A stretch of 64,000 bases of DNA, filler included, from Stramenopiles sp. TOSAG23-3 (Eukaryota): the NCBI GenBank assembly GCA_900128585.1. It is 4 parts of 4 records of this genome, joined end to end, with 100 filler letters (N's around TTAATTAATTAA, not from the genome) between each part and the next. Parts side by side here need not be neighbours in the genome. Positions count along the whole stretch, not along the records: positions 33,355 to 49,895 come from LT642484.1; positions 49,996 to 64,000 come from LT642595.1; 2 more parts are not named here. One strand, 5' to 3'. The notes under the pieces were generated by a model. The model saw only the letters and a program-made list of their open reading frames with translations, had not been told where the DNA came from and searched no databases. The position numbers and the translations under genes are program-made. This document shows positions 41,086-51,929 of the stretch, in pieces (positions within the stretch are counted from its first letter, which is position 1; every line of letters begins with the position of its first letter).

Positions 41086-42633
41086 ATGGCCGGGCATCGT
41101 CAAATGTCCTCCTACGACTTCGTTAGGTTGACCCCGAGTGAAGTCTACCAGAAATATGGCCGTGTCCCTTACTCTGTTGTTTTTCACATCATGTCGGTTG
41201 TGCTGGTAACTGCCTTTGTGGTTTTACAGTCTAATCGTATACGGGTGCGCAGGCTGGCCGGGGACGAGATGTGGTCTACTCTGTTGTGGAAAGATGTAGT
41301 GAACCGGACTGGGCGGCACAGCGAGCCGTTAGAGAGGTGGAAATCGAATACATACTTTTTGGTCGAGCGGAAGAACTTGTTGAAAGACGCCCATAACATG
41401 CTGAATTCATATTATAGCCTCGAGCGCGCAACGGTTGACGATTGGTTTGTGTACGATCCGTCCGACGACAAAAATATTATCAAACCGCCCGTGTATACCG
41501 TGGTAAGCCGCACGCCGGACACCCCGCCCTCCCGTGACGCCGAGCTTCCTTTTTACGACCCCGGCCGGTCTCATTTGTCGAGCAAAGTGGAGAAGATGCT
41601 TACGCGACGAATCCCGGGGATCTTGGGCGAGTACAAGACAGCGAACAAAACTATTGTGGAACCGAAAGGGTTTCAAGAATGGCTAGATAATGTGGTGTAT
41701 GTTGAGTTTCACTTTCAGATTGGTACCGTGGTTCCCCGCGGGGCGTACATCATGTCAAACCCGTCTCGAGTTTGGGACGTCTTGGTCCGTTACGAATGTA
41801 TGTTCGAAGGTTCTATTACTGCTTCCATCGACTCGAGCAATATGTATTACTGCAATACAAACGACTGTAGCTTTTTAACGCCTGCTGCCATTTTGTTGTT
41901 TGCGTGCGCGGTGTCGGCTTGCTTTGGCCAAGCCTTCGTCCTTTCGGAGGTTTGCCGGTCGGTTAACATTTACCGGAAAATCCGCTTTGTCGACCCTGTC
42001 GGGTTTCGGAAATTGACGTGGAAAGATCGCCTGGAATTTTTGAAATCGTCCTACGTGCTTTACACTGCTGCAAACGTATCAGTGTTATTTTTTTGTTTGC
42101 TGGTTGTCAGGGGTGCCTACAGTGGTGGCGTGTACTGCCCTGACGATTTCGTAAAGCAGATGTTCCTGGGCATAGGGGTGGCCGCCCTGTGGATGAACGT
42201 AACTCAATACATCCGCGGTGAGTCCCGTTACAACACGATTTTTGTCACTTTGAAGCACGCGTCCATGCAGGTCTGGAAGTTGTTGGTTGGCGTAACCCCC
42301 GTCTTCGTCGCGTACGGCCTGTTTGGTTATGCGTATTACGGCTTGAGGGCTGCTCGTTTTTCGGACCTCTCCCACACGTTTATGGAACTCTTTGCTGTCC
42401 TAAACGGCGACGAAATTCACCCTACGTACGTGGACTTGGAAGCGGCCGACCACCTGACCATGGGGTTCATCGAGTACGTGTACCTCTACAGCTTCATCAT
42501 TATATTTTCGTTTCTTGCGGCACGATTGTGCGTCTCCATGATCGAAGATGTGTACCACCAGTCAAAATATGCAGAAGGGGAGTTCACCGTTAGCGAACGT
42601 TTGTCCAGTATTTTGAGAGAAATGGAGGACTAA
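41086..42633 (+). CDS. Mucolipin / TRPML-like cation channel
   Basis: LTPSEVYQKYGRVPY N-terminal motif; large loop after TM1; pore region FMELFAVLNGDEIHPTY; YLYSFIIIF...SMIEDVY. Confidence 0.9.
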   Translation: MAGHRQMSSYDFVRLTPSEVYQKYGRVPYSVVFHIMSVVLVTAFVVLQSNRIRVRRLAGDEMWSTLLWKDVVNRTGRHSEPLERWKSNTYFLVERKNLLKDAHNMLNSYYSLERATVDDWFVYDPSDDKNIIKPPVYTVVSRTPDTPPSRDAELPFYDPGRSHLSSKVEKMLTRRIPGILGEYKTANKTIVEPKGFQEWLDNVVYVEFHFQIGTVVPRGAYIMSNPSRVWDVLVRYECMFEGSITASIDSSNMYYCNTNDCSFLTPAAILLFACAVSACFGQAFVLSEVCRSVNIYRKIRFVDPVGFRKLTWKDRLEFLKSSYVLYTAANVSVLFFCLLVVRGAYSGGVYCPDDFVKQMFLGIGVAALWMNVTQYIRGESRYNTIFVTLKHASMQVWKLLVGVTPVFVAYGLFGYAYYGLRAARFSDLSHTFMELFAVLNGDEIHPTYVDLEAADHLTMGFIEYVYLYSFIIIFSFLAARLCVSMIEDVYHQSKYAEGEFTVSERLSSILREMED

Positions 42634-43541
42634 ACGCAGTCTGACGAGGGCACAAGGTGGCGTGTCGTGCTGCATGTGTTGCACGAGATCACACAGGGCG
42701 GGAGAATCGGAGAGTTTGTCAAGGGGTGAAAGCAAATCGAAAGTTATATCAAGGATTCCGGTCATGAAAGAAAGTTTGTTTTATCTTTTCAGTAAGATGT
42801 CCAAAATGTTGCTCATCTACAACCACAACGTATCACAGTTGTGATAATTTTACTATTTTTAATAAAAAACAAATTATACAGTATGTTTTAAGACGCTCAA
42901 AAAAAAAAGAAGGTAAAACCGTTCAAGAACCCAAACTCCTCCTTGTTCCAGAATACGAAAAAATATTCTGATAATGTATGTCAAACTATTATAAGTTAAG
43001 ATTGTTTTGAGACAACGGCTATTATTGAGTTGTAGATGCCTGGATCTGCCCCAAAAAGTATTTTGAAAAGGCGAGTACAGCATTTTAATATATTTCGTTT
43101 TTAATTATCTTCGGACGAGGAGTTGGACCATCAGGCAGAAGAGGAGGCGGAAGTAGACTCGGGTATACAGTAGTAGTAAATTATTTTTTGGTTCTTAACA
43201 GCATGATGAAGACCATTAGAGGGGTGTGTATTTTGCAAAATTACTATTAGTCTGTATGTTAATGGTGTCATTCACTCTTTTCACTAGTTATCCACACTCG
43301 GCGTTCCAATCGAAGACGCACCGTTCACTGCAACATGAAGAGAACATCGCTCGCTTCGGGCACAACAGAGTAATGTCCTAATCATTACAATCTGTTGGTT
43401 TGTTTGCCCCACTTCAGAAAACCGCTACGTGATGGAAAGAACCGCCCGTGTCCGGAGAGCAAAAACATGGTGTTCGGCCGCCATATTCTCATGTACACAC
43501 ACGCTGCACGTGGTCACCCGGTGAAAAATCTGCGACGCCAT

Positions 43542-43865
43542 TTATTCTTGTGCTGCGGAAGTAGCAACAATCATACCACGGTGTGAATAAGTAACTTTGA
43601 GGAGACCTTTCCCTGTAAGTTCCTTAATGGCGGCTCGGGCAAGGGATCCGTTAAGCTTTAGGCGTTCCGAAAGGTTGGAGATAGTAACAACTTTCATTTT
43701 AGGAACTTCTTTGTAAAGGCGTTCATATGTATCTTTGTCGAACAATACCATGGCGTTAGACTTTTCACGCGACTTTCCTTTGGACCACTTCTTCTTTTTA
43801 CCCTTGGACGCTTGGGCAGCGGCCATTTTTTGGGCCTTGGATTTTTGTTGCGTTTTAGGTGGCAT
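43542..43865 (-). CDS. RPS25: 40S ribosomal protein S25 (eS25)
   Basis: MPPK...KKKKWSKGKSREK.N.MVLFDK.TYERLYKEVP...SERLKLNGSLARAAI. Confidence 0.98.
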   Translation of the reverse strand: MPPKTQQKSKAQKMAAAQASKGKKKKWSKGKSREKSNAMVLFDKDTYERLYKEVPKMKVVTISNLSERLKLNGSLARAAIKELTGKGLLKVTYSHRGMIVATSAAQE

Positions 43866-45459
43866 ATTTTATATAGTATTGGGTAGAAAAATGTCTTGAA
43901 CTAATACAAGTATTTGATTGTATAATATATTTGCTAATCGTCCAGAAAGAGTTTCGTTACCACGGTTTTCTTCACGGTCCAATCGTGCATCGGTCTTGGA
44001 TTGCTCCATGGACGTCTTCGGTGGAATGATCGTTCAATAATTAACTATACTATGCAATTTGTTTGTTTGTTTCTTTTTTTTCTTCTTTCTTCTTCTATCT
44101 CCTTTCGTTTTTTCTTTCTTCTTCTATCTTGTGTTCATGTTGTTATGTAATTCGGATGAAAAGTATTCTCTCCCTCCTCTGAAGAAGCTATTACAACAAC
44201 AAACAACAAAAACCATTTAGTATACTATACACATTTAAAGTATATAATCATGCTTATATATCCCTATTTAAATACAATTCTAATTTCATTCTATCTTATA
44301 CTATCTATACGCTAAACTATCTATTATGAATGCTGTGTTTATCTTTCTGTTATTGTTATGTTATATACAGTTAATAGGTACATTATATGTATTCTATTTT
44401 TATCTTAATTACAATTTCATAATCTTTTGAAGGAAGGATGAAAATTAAAAATTAAAATGTTGAGAAAATGTAAGGAACGACTGGTTGTCAAGAAAAGCAA
44501 TGTTATTCCTATGTTAATTATACTAAACGACACAGTAAATGAAACAACGAACAACCACCAAATGAAAGTTGAAATAATTAAGGTAAGGTTTATAAATATT
44601 ACGCTACTATATACTCTACTATCAATTATTATATAATTTATTATTATATAAAAAATGGTTTTATAGTTTAAATGTCCGAAGTGTCATTTGTCATATATCC
44701 CTTACTTTACAAAGCAACAAACAACTTCTTCCTTGGGTTGGTTTTATTCCTATGTTAATTATATCTCATGTACGAATTTAAATAGGCAAACCACAGTACC
44801 ACCACCGTATCGTACCTTTTTAGCGGAAAATGAAAAAAAGTATTAAAAGAAAAAGAAAGAAATGAAAAAAAAGGGGGGGAGGTATTGTATACTATAGATA
44901 TATATTAATCTTACCTATAACTTCTATATAATGTCAATAGTATACTTAAATATTATATATTATTATACTTTATCCCTATATAAACTTTACTATAATTTTA
45001 AAATACTGTATTTTAGAACTATTTAAATCAACAACATATTTACTTATTATATATAGATATATATAATGTTATATACATATTTTATATATTTATTTGATTC
45101 AGTTTTTTTTTTTTTAATTTTTCTTTTTTCCGTTACGATCATAAATATTATTTATCTCATCCATCATCTTCATCAATTATTAATAAGGATCTTCTATATA
45201 ATAATTAATTATAGAGACTATTATTAGTACTGTAGTAGTAGCAATAATGAAATCAGATTAGAAGAAATAAGAGAAAATTAGCGTAGTTGTATAGTATTAA
45301 ATTAAATAAAAAGGGGGAGGACAATTCACAATCCAATTCACAATCCGATAGAAAGAAAATATTGAACGAGAATCTATTGTGATGACAAGAAAACACAGAA
45401 AACAGTCGAGGGGTATATAGTATAGGATGGTTGTTTTTTCTAGTCTGCGGGAAAAGAAG

Positions 45460-47064
45460 ATGGCAGTATACTTGGCGTTGGTGTTTTACTTGCTCGGCCT
45501 GTTGTCCGTGTCGTGCGCAGGGTTCTCTCAACGGTTGAGGATGGGACCCCGCAATGCTGCGACAGTGCTGGGCACCGATAGTTTGATAGAAGTCAAAGAA
45601 GAGACGGCGTTCACCGTGGACCTTGAGCGGAGCGCCGTCTCGCACTCGAAGAAGGTGCGTTTTCTCATGGCGCTGAAAGCGACGCACCAGCACCTTAGCT
45701 CGGACGAGGCGTCCCTGTTGGACGTGTCGGAGGTCCCGCTCCAGGAGCAAGTGCTGAGCGAGAAAAGGCTCGCGACCTACTTTGGTAGCGTGCAGATAGG
45801 GGAGTGCGTAGGGAGCAACGGGGCGCCGACAGAGTGCACCCCGGAGAAAAAGGAGAAGTTGACGTTCAAGATGCTCTTTGATACGGGTAGTTGTGAGTTT
45901 TGGATTCCGGGCGTAGGGTGCACGAAGGCGGAGAAGTACCAAGACCGGTGCAGCAACCACCGGACCTACGACCCGCTCCTGAGCGAGAGTTACCAGAAGA
46001 AACTGAATGGGGCTGGCCCATTCAGCGAGGACCAGAAGATGTGCATCCAGTACCTGAGCGGGAAGGTCGAAGGGTTCATGGCCAAGGACACGATCACGAT
46101 CGGGGACCTCAAGGTCACCTCCCAGGTTTTTGGGATGGCGGACACGATCGACGTCCCGCTGCTGGACGAAGTAGTTTGGGACGGGATCATTGGCCTGGCG
46201 TACCCGAACCAAAAGCTGAACGAGCAGGGGGTCGTCCCCTTGGTTGACAACATGATGGGAAAGAAAACCCTGCAGAACAACGTCTTCGCCTACTACATTG
46301 GGCACAACAGCGGCGCGGTGACCTTTGGGGGTGTCGACCAGAAGTACTTCTCCGGGACGGACAACAAGTTCCGGTACGCCGCGGTGACGGAGAAGACGTA
46401 CTGGACGATCGAGCTCATCGACGTCGAGCTCCAGTATGGTAGCAAGCCGGCGACGAAGACGAACCTGTGCGCGAGCAACCCGAACGGGAGGTGCAAGGCG
46501 ATCGTCGACACGGGGACGTACTTGATTTACGGGCCCCGGGACCACGTCACCGGGCCGTTGAAGGATTTGTCGGTGGGGGCCTGCAGCGACATTGAAAAGC
46601 TGCCCAAGGTGACCTTCATCATGTACGCCGGGGAGGGCCAGACCCCGGCCCGCTTGACCTTGGAGCCCCGGGACTACGTCCTGGAGTTCAACGTCCCGTC
46701 AGACTCCCAGAGCGTGTTTTTGGAGGAGGGGCTCGCGGCCGGGAGCAAGCACATGGAGGCCGCGAATGTAAATTGCGCCGATCCGGAGACGGCGAAGGAT
46801 AGTTCAAAGTGTACAAAAGATTGCGTCATCGGCATTGGCCCAGACAACGACTCCGGCTGGACCCTTGGCCAAGTTTTTCTCCGTTCGTTCTACACCGTGT
46901 TTGACCGTGATACTGACCGGGTCGGGTTCATTCGGAACAACCCCCGGGCAAAGCACCCTGGGCCGGGTCCCCTCCACGGGTCCATCCAGACTAGCCTACG
47001 TAACTCAAAAGATGAAATTGGTAAGAACGGGAAACTGTTCAAACCTCCAGGCTCCCGCTTGTAA
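45460..47064 (+). CDS. Pepsin-family (A1) aspartic protease, cathepsin D-like
   Basis: Signal peptide MAVYLALVFYLLGLLSVSCAG; catalytic FDTGS and IVDTGT; DGIIGLAYP; WTLGQVFLRSFYTVFD. An upstream in-frame ATG exists at 45427. Confidence 0.95.
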   Translation: MAVYLALVFYLLGLLSVSCAGFSQRLRMGPRNAATVLGTDSLIEVKEETAFTVDLERSAVSHSKKVRFLMALKATHQHLSSDEASLLDVSEVPLQEQVLSEKRLATYFGSVQIGECVGSNGAPTECTPEKKEKLTFKMLFDTGSCEFWIPGVGCTKAEKYQDRCSNHRTYDPLLSESYQKKLNGAGPFSEDQKMCIQYLSGKVEGFMAKDTITIGDLKVTSQVFGMADTIDVPLLDEVVWDGIIGLAYPNQKLNEQGVVPLVDNMMGKKTLQNNVFAYYIGHNSGAVTFGGVDQKYFSGTDNKFRYAAVTEKTYWTIELIDVELQYGSKPATKTNLCASNPNGRCKAIVDTGTYLIYGPRDHVTGPLKDLSVGACSDIEKLPKVTFIMYAGEGQTPARLTLEPRDYVLEFNVPSDSQSVFLEEGLAAGSKHMEAANVNCADPETAKDSSKCTKDCVIGIGPDNDSGWTLGQVFLRSFYTVFDRDTDRVGFIRNNPRAKHPGPGPLHGSIQTSLRNSKDEIGKNGKLFKPPGSRL

Positions 47065-48147
47065 GGGAAGGGAGGGAATGTCTCTCCTCTCGTGGTGTGT
47101 AAGATAATAAATATACATACTTTTTGTACAGACGATTTGATGAGATGGATTAGAATTAACCCTTATCCAGACTCTAACTCTAATTATATTCCTTACTTCT
47201 AATTTTGTATTAGTGCGTCATTAAATATATATATGTGATGATGACGTAGTAGCAATTGTTAGACGACTATTTTATAATTAATAAAATATATATAATGCTA
47301 TTATTATATCTTACTATTATATCCTTCTTCTTCTTCTTCTTGAATCTTTCTATAAGGTCTATTATTATATTTTTTGGTATACAGACGATAGCGAGGAGAT
47401 GAACAAAATGCATCATCACCACAGATTGATTTTTATTAATTTCTACTTACGGCGAACACTGCTTCGGTAATTAAAAATCTTCTTTCCCCTTCTTATTATG
47501 CTGTTGTCATATTTAATAAATTACAAAAAAATAATAATTACAAAAAAAAATGGAGGATGATTTGATGATGAGCCTTATTATTTTATTATTATTCAGGCGA
47601 CAACCCTTGATCTAAGTGTTTTAAGGGAATGATAAATACTTTTAATTAACCTAGTATTAACACTNNNNNNNNNNNNNNNNNNNNNNNNNNNNNNNNNNNN
47701 NNNNNNNNNNNNNNNNNNNNNNNNNNNNNNNNNNNNCATTATTTAAATTGTTGTACGAACTATTATAGATTATGGAATAGAACAGGGAATATGGTTTCAG
47801 GTTTCCAAATTTGATTCTGTAATTAGACTACAAAATGTTATGTTAAAAAAACAATTATATTATAGTTTAAACCTTAATACTTAGATGGAAGAGTGTTGGG
47901 GCTTAGAATCATTATTAGGGGGATATATATTCTATTGATGAATGAATGGAAGAACAGAACGGAATACTTGTGAGTTTAATTGTTTGTATTACTTAATCTG
48001 TATTAAAAGCATTCAATCGTTCTATCTATCCCTCGCTCAGAAATATTCACGTGTACATTTAATTGATTCCGAATTGTTTCTACGTAGCAACATACATTTT
48101 CCACACCAATCCTCGCTCTCCCTCTCTCCCATAACAATTTAACAACC

Positions 48148-49653
48148 ATGGCAGAAGAAGAAGTAGCCCCCGCCGCCGCCCAGTCCGAGTTCGGGCTCTA
48201 CGGCCTTGCGGTCATGGGCCAAAACCTTGCCTTGAACATCGCAGAGAAAGGCTTTTCCATCAGCGTCTGCAACCGTTCCCCTGCAAAGGTTGACACGTGC
48301 GTTACTCGGGCAGAGCAAGAGCTCGGCGACGATGCGGGCCTCCTCCGTGGCTTCAAGCCCATCGAGGAATTTGTCGCGTCCCTGGCGAAGCCACGCCGTA
48401 TCATGTTCTTGGTGAAGGCCGGGCCGGCGGTCGACGAAACCATCGAGAAGTTCCTTCCTTTCCTAGAAGAGGGTGACATCCTCATCGACGGGGGGAACGA
48501 GTGGTTTGAAAACTCCCGCCGCCGGGCGGAGTACCTGGAGCCCAAGGGCATCAAGTACTTGGCCGTCGGGGTCTCCGGGGGCGAAGAGGGGGCGCGGAAC
48601 GGCCCGTCCCTTATGCCCGGAGGCCCGAAAGACGCCTGGGACGTCGTCGAGCCGATTTTCAAGAAGGTCGCCGCCAAGCACACGGATGGCTCGCCATGCA
48701 CCACATACTTGGGGGGTGCCGGTGCAGGAAACTACGTCAAGATGGTCCACAACGGCATCGAGTACGGGGACATGCAGCTTATCAGCGAATCATACGACAT
48801 TTTGAAAACGGTCGCAGGGATGAGCAACGACGAACTAGCAGAGACCTTTTCCAAGTGGAACGAGGGGAACTTGGACAGTTTCCTGATTGAAATAACTAGC
48901 TTGATTTTCGCAAAGAAGGACACGGACGTGTACGACGCGAACGGCAACCTGAACGCCGGGGACGACGCGAAGTACCTGGTCGATATGATTTTGGACTGCA
49001 CCGGGAACAAGGGCACAGGGAAGATGACCGTGAAGGAGGCCTGCGAGCAGAGCGTGGCCTGCCCGACCATTGCCAGCGCCCTGGACGCGCGTTTCATTAG
49101 CTTTCAGAAGGAAGACAGGGAATACATGAGCAAGAAGCTCACGGGCCCAGGGGAAGTCCCACAGGTCGACCGTGACCAGCTCTTGAAAGATGTTGAGGAC
49201 GCACTGTATGCATCGAAAATTTGTAGTTACGCCCAAGGAATGAACTTGATAAAGGAAGCGTCGAAGAAGTACGACTGGGGCGTCAGCCTCGGGGACTGCG
49301 CGCGAATCTGGCGCGGGGGCTGCATCATCCGAGCGAAATTCTTGGACTTGATCACCCAAGCCTACGAGCGTGACCCTGACCTGCCAAGCCTCTTGGTAGA
49401 CCCATTTTTCATGGACGAAATCAACTCCCGACAGAGCTCGTGGCGCCGGGTGGTTGCGCTGTGCGTTGCGACTGGGATCGCGTGCCCCTCCATGTCTTCG
49501 TCATTGGCATACTTCGATGCCTACCGCCGCCCACGCCAGACTGCCAACTTGTTGCAGGCACAGAGGGACTTCTTTGGCAGCCATACTTTCGAGCGCATTG
49601 ACAAACCCCGTGGGGAATGGTTCCACTGCAAGTGGACCAACAAGCACGCGTAA
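48148..49653 (+). CDS. PGD: 6-phosphogluconate dehydrogenase, decarboxylating
   Basis: GLYGLAVMGQNLALN, IDGGNEW, GVSGGEEGARNGPSLMPGG, YVKMVHNGIEYGDMQLI, WRGGCIIRA, QAQRDFFGSHT. Confidence 0.98.
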   Translation: MAEEEVAPAAAQSEFGLYGLAVMGQNLALNIAEKGFSISVCNRSPAKVDTCVTRAEQELGDDAGLLRGFKPIEEFVASLAKPRRIMFLVKAGPAVDETIEKFLPFLEEGDILIDGGNEWFENSRRRAEYLEPKGIKYLAVGVSGGEEGARNGPSLMPGGPKDAWDVVEPIFKKVAAKHTDGSPCTTYLGGAGAGNYVKMVHNGIEYGDMQLISESYDILKTVAGMSNDELAETFSKWNEGNLDSFLIEITSLIFAKKDTDVYDANGNLNAGDDAKYLVDMILDCTGNKGTGKMTVKEACEQSVACPTIASALDARFISFQKEDREYMSKKLTGPGEVPQVDRDQLLKDVEDALYASKICSYAQGMNLIKEASKKYDWGVSLGDCARIWRGGCIIRAKFLDLITQAYERDPDLPSLLVDPFFMDEINSRQSSWRRVVALCVATGIACPSMSSSLAYFDAYRRPRQTANLLQAQRDFFGSHTFERIDKPRGEWFHCKWTNKHA

Positions 49654-49895
49654 GCCCCCTCCCCTCGCCCCGTCTCAAAACACGCAAGATTTTGAAGAAG
49701 AAAATGTGTCGAAAGAGCGTTTATTTATAAACCGCATTGTGCACTCCAACGTAAACTTACATTTGTTTAACATTGAAAATGGGAGCCGGTGTAAACTTTT
49801 TCCTGAAACGAAAAACTAAACAAGAAAATTGGCTGTTATTTAAGTAATTAAATTTAGCTTCGTCGTACCCTAATCCTAACTTGGTTCTGTAATTT

Positions 49896-49995
49896 NNNNN
49901 NNNNNNNNNNNNNNNNNNNNNNNNNNNNNNNNNNNNNNNTTAATTAATTAANNNNNNNNNNNNNNNNNNNNNNNNNNNNNNNNNNNNNNNNNNNN
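49896..49995. other. Artificial contig-joining spacer (44 N + TTAATTAATTAA + 44 N)
   Basis: Same 100-nt structure as the other two. Confidence 0.97.
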
Positions 49996-50100
49996 TTCTT
50001 CTTCTTCTTCTTCTTCTTCTTCTTCTTTCTTCTTCTTCTTCTTCTTCTTCTTCTTCTTCTTCTTCTTCTTCTTTTTTTATTTTTTTTTATTTCTTCTTCT
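49996..50100 (+). repeat. (TTC)n microsatellite at contig start
   Basis: Direct reading. Confidence 0.95.
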
Positions 50101-50759
50101 TTTTGCGTCCTCGTCCTCCTTCTACTTGGTATTTTAATAAATTGATGCATCATCTTCTCTTTTGACTAAAAGACTAAAAAATACTACTATTATTCTTCTT
50201 CCTTCGAATATTTTATTTTTTATGATGTTATTTCTATATTAAACCTCCTTCCTACTCTCAAGTTGAATTTTAATGATTTGAATGCTGTGTCTATATATAT
50301 TAGTTTGAAGATTATATATAAATAGATATGATATAATTTAAATAATTATTATACCATACATGCAGCAGCATCAGAGCAAGAAGATCAGTTTTTTTTTTTA
50401 TTATTATTTTTTTAATTTTTTTCTTCTTTCTTCTTCTTTCTTCTTCTTCTTCTTTCTTCTTCTTCTTCTCTCTTCTCTCTTCTCTCTTCTTTTTAATTTT
50501 TTTGTAGTTAGTTACCAGTAGTAATTACTTGGTATATTTATTAGTATTTTAGTTGTTATTTTTGGTACGACGTTATATTCAAACAACAGAATGGTGCCAT
50601 GCCATCTAGGGAACAGGGTATGATTTAGGAAGTATGGTGTGATTGACGGAGTGATTGGAGGTTTACTTTTCTCTTTCTTACAAATCAATTTCATACGTAC
50701 GGACGCAAGTTTATACCTACAATAGCGAAAAGTGTTGAGCGTACGAGCACAATATTGAC

Positions 50760-51416
50760 ATGAGGACGACGTACTGTATATTAATCCTGGCGGCGTTGCT
50801 GACGCTCGCCCCTGCATCCAACGCCGAAAAGGTGGACTTGGTCTGGTTTGGCGCGTCGTGGTGACCTGAATGCCAGCAATTCGCTGGCATTATTGATCCT
50901 GCGCTAGCAACGCCCGGAATCAACGAAATTACGAACTGGACGTGGTACCCAGTCCCGGACGGGTCCGGCATTCCACCCTACGACTGCAGTCAGTGTACGG
51001 GCAAGTCTTGCGACAAGACCGTCTGCGAGATCGACCACTTCGAAGCATGCGTCGTCGACACCCTTTGCCCGTACAACCAATCATCGTGCGAGCCAAAGCA
51101 GCAGCAGCAGCAAGCGAAGTTCGCGGACTGCATGGAGTCCGAGCACCACTCGAAAAACATCAACTTTGCCAAGCCGTGCGCCGAGAAAGCCGGGATTGAT
51201 TACGGCCAAATCGAAGCTTGCGCGAGCAGCGAGCGGTCCGGCAAGGTCATGCAGTACATTGCCGAGCAGAGCACCAACGCCAAGGTTCAGTACTACCCTG
51301 ACATCCGGGTCAACGGGGCCGAGACCCAAGGCGACTACACCACCGTCAAGGGTTTGGTGAAGATAATCTGCGATGGCTACAACGGCGACAAAAAGCCGGC
51401 GGCCTGCGACGAATAG
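50760..51416 (+). CDS. GILT-like (gamma-interferon-inducible lysosomal thiol reductase family) selenoprotein, 218 aa, Sec at codon 35 (TGA 50862-50864)
   Basis: Manual translation MRTTYCILILAALLTLAPASNAEKVDLVWFGASW-U-PECQQFAG... stays open into ORF 51132..51416 (CAEKAGIDYGQIEACASSERSG...VQYYPDIRVNG). Signal peptide, UxxC at the CxxC position, SECIS downstream. Confidence 0.92.
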
Positions 51417-51488
51417 AAGGTGTGCCTCAGCACGACCTTCGGTCGAACGAAGAACGACGCGGCACGGAACTCGTACCGACGAAAGACG

Positions 51489-51557
51489 TTGTCCCAAACA
51501 TGACAAACCGTACAGTTAAAACCCAAACAAACCAGCTGTGCAGTTTTGAAGGGACGA
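51489..51557 (+). promoter_or_regulatory. Eukaryotic SECIS element (type I-like)
   Basis: Helix I GTCCC 51491-95 / GGGAC 51551-55; core ATGAC 51500-04 / TGAA 51547-50; helix II AAACCGTACAGTT 51505-17 / AGCTGTGCAGTTT 51534-46 (12 of 13 paired incl. G-U); unpaired AAAA 51518-21 opens the apical loop. Confidence 0.92.
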
Positions 51558-51929
51558 GGCAAACATTTGCCAAACGGAATCGAAGGTGAAACCCGCGCCG
51601 CAAACGTAAAAAACAATTAAAGAAAGAAAATCAATTTTTGTAATAAAACAATCTATCTTACGAAGTACGAAATTTTGTGACATTTTTTAAGAGAGAGATT
51701 ATTCAGTATGATATCATTTAATACTTATGAATATCGCACACATTTTTTAAAAATTAAAAAGCAAGAAAATCGTCTGTTATTTAAATGTAATTATGTTAAA
51801 ATTAATGTACTGCGAACTGAACTCTAGATTTAGAGATTCATTTGATTTTAGAAAAAACAATAATGCTGCATTGCAACAAATTCACCACACGCTTTTGCCA
51901 CGAATAGTGTGATTTGGACAGAGGCTTTT

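Noticed and set aside
43200-43300. Box C-like ATGATGA suggesting a C/D snoRNA near RPS25
   Set aside because: No suitably placed box D (CTGA) or terminal stem found; the motif is common in these spacers.
43425-43541. ATG immediately after the RPS25 stop (TAA-ATG), opening a ~38-codon ORF
   Set aside because: No recognisable protein features; compatible with chance in a 3' UTR.
50862-50864. Genome-wide UGA reassignment or a GILT pseudogene
   Set aside because: TGA ends several genes here (e.g. directly after RDEL at 19381-83), Trp uses TGG, and the TGA sits at the catalytic Cys position with a SECIS downstream.
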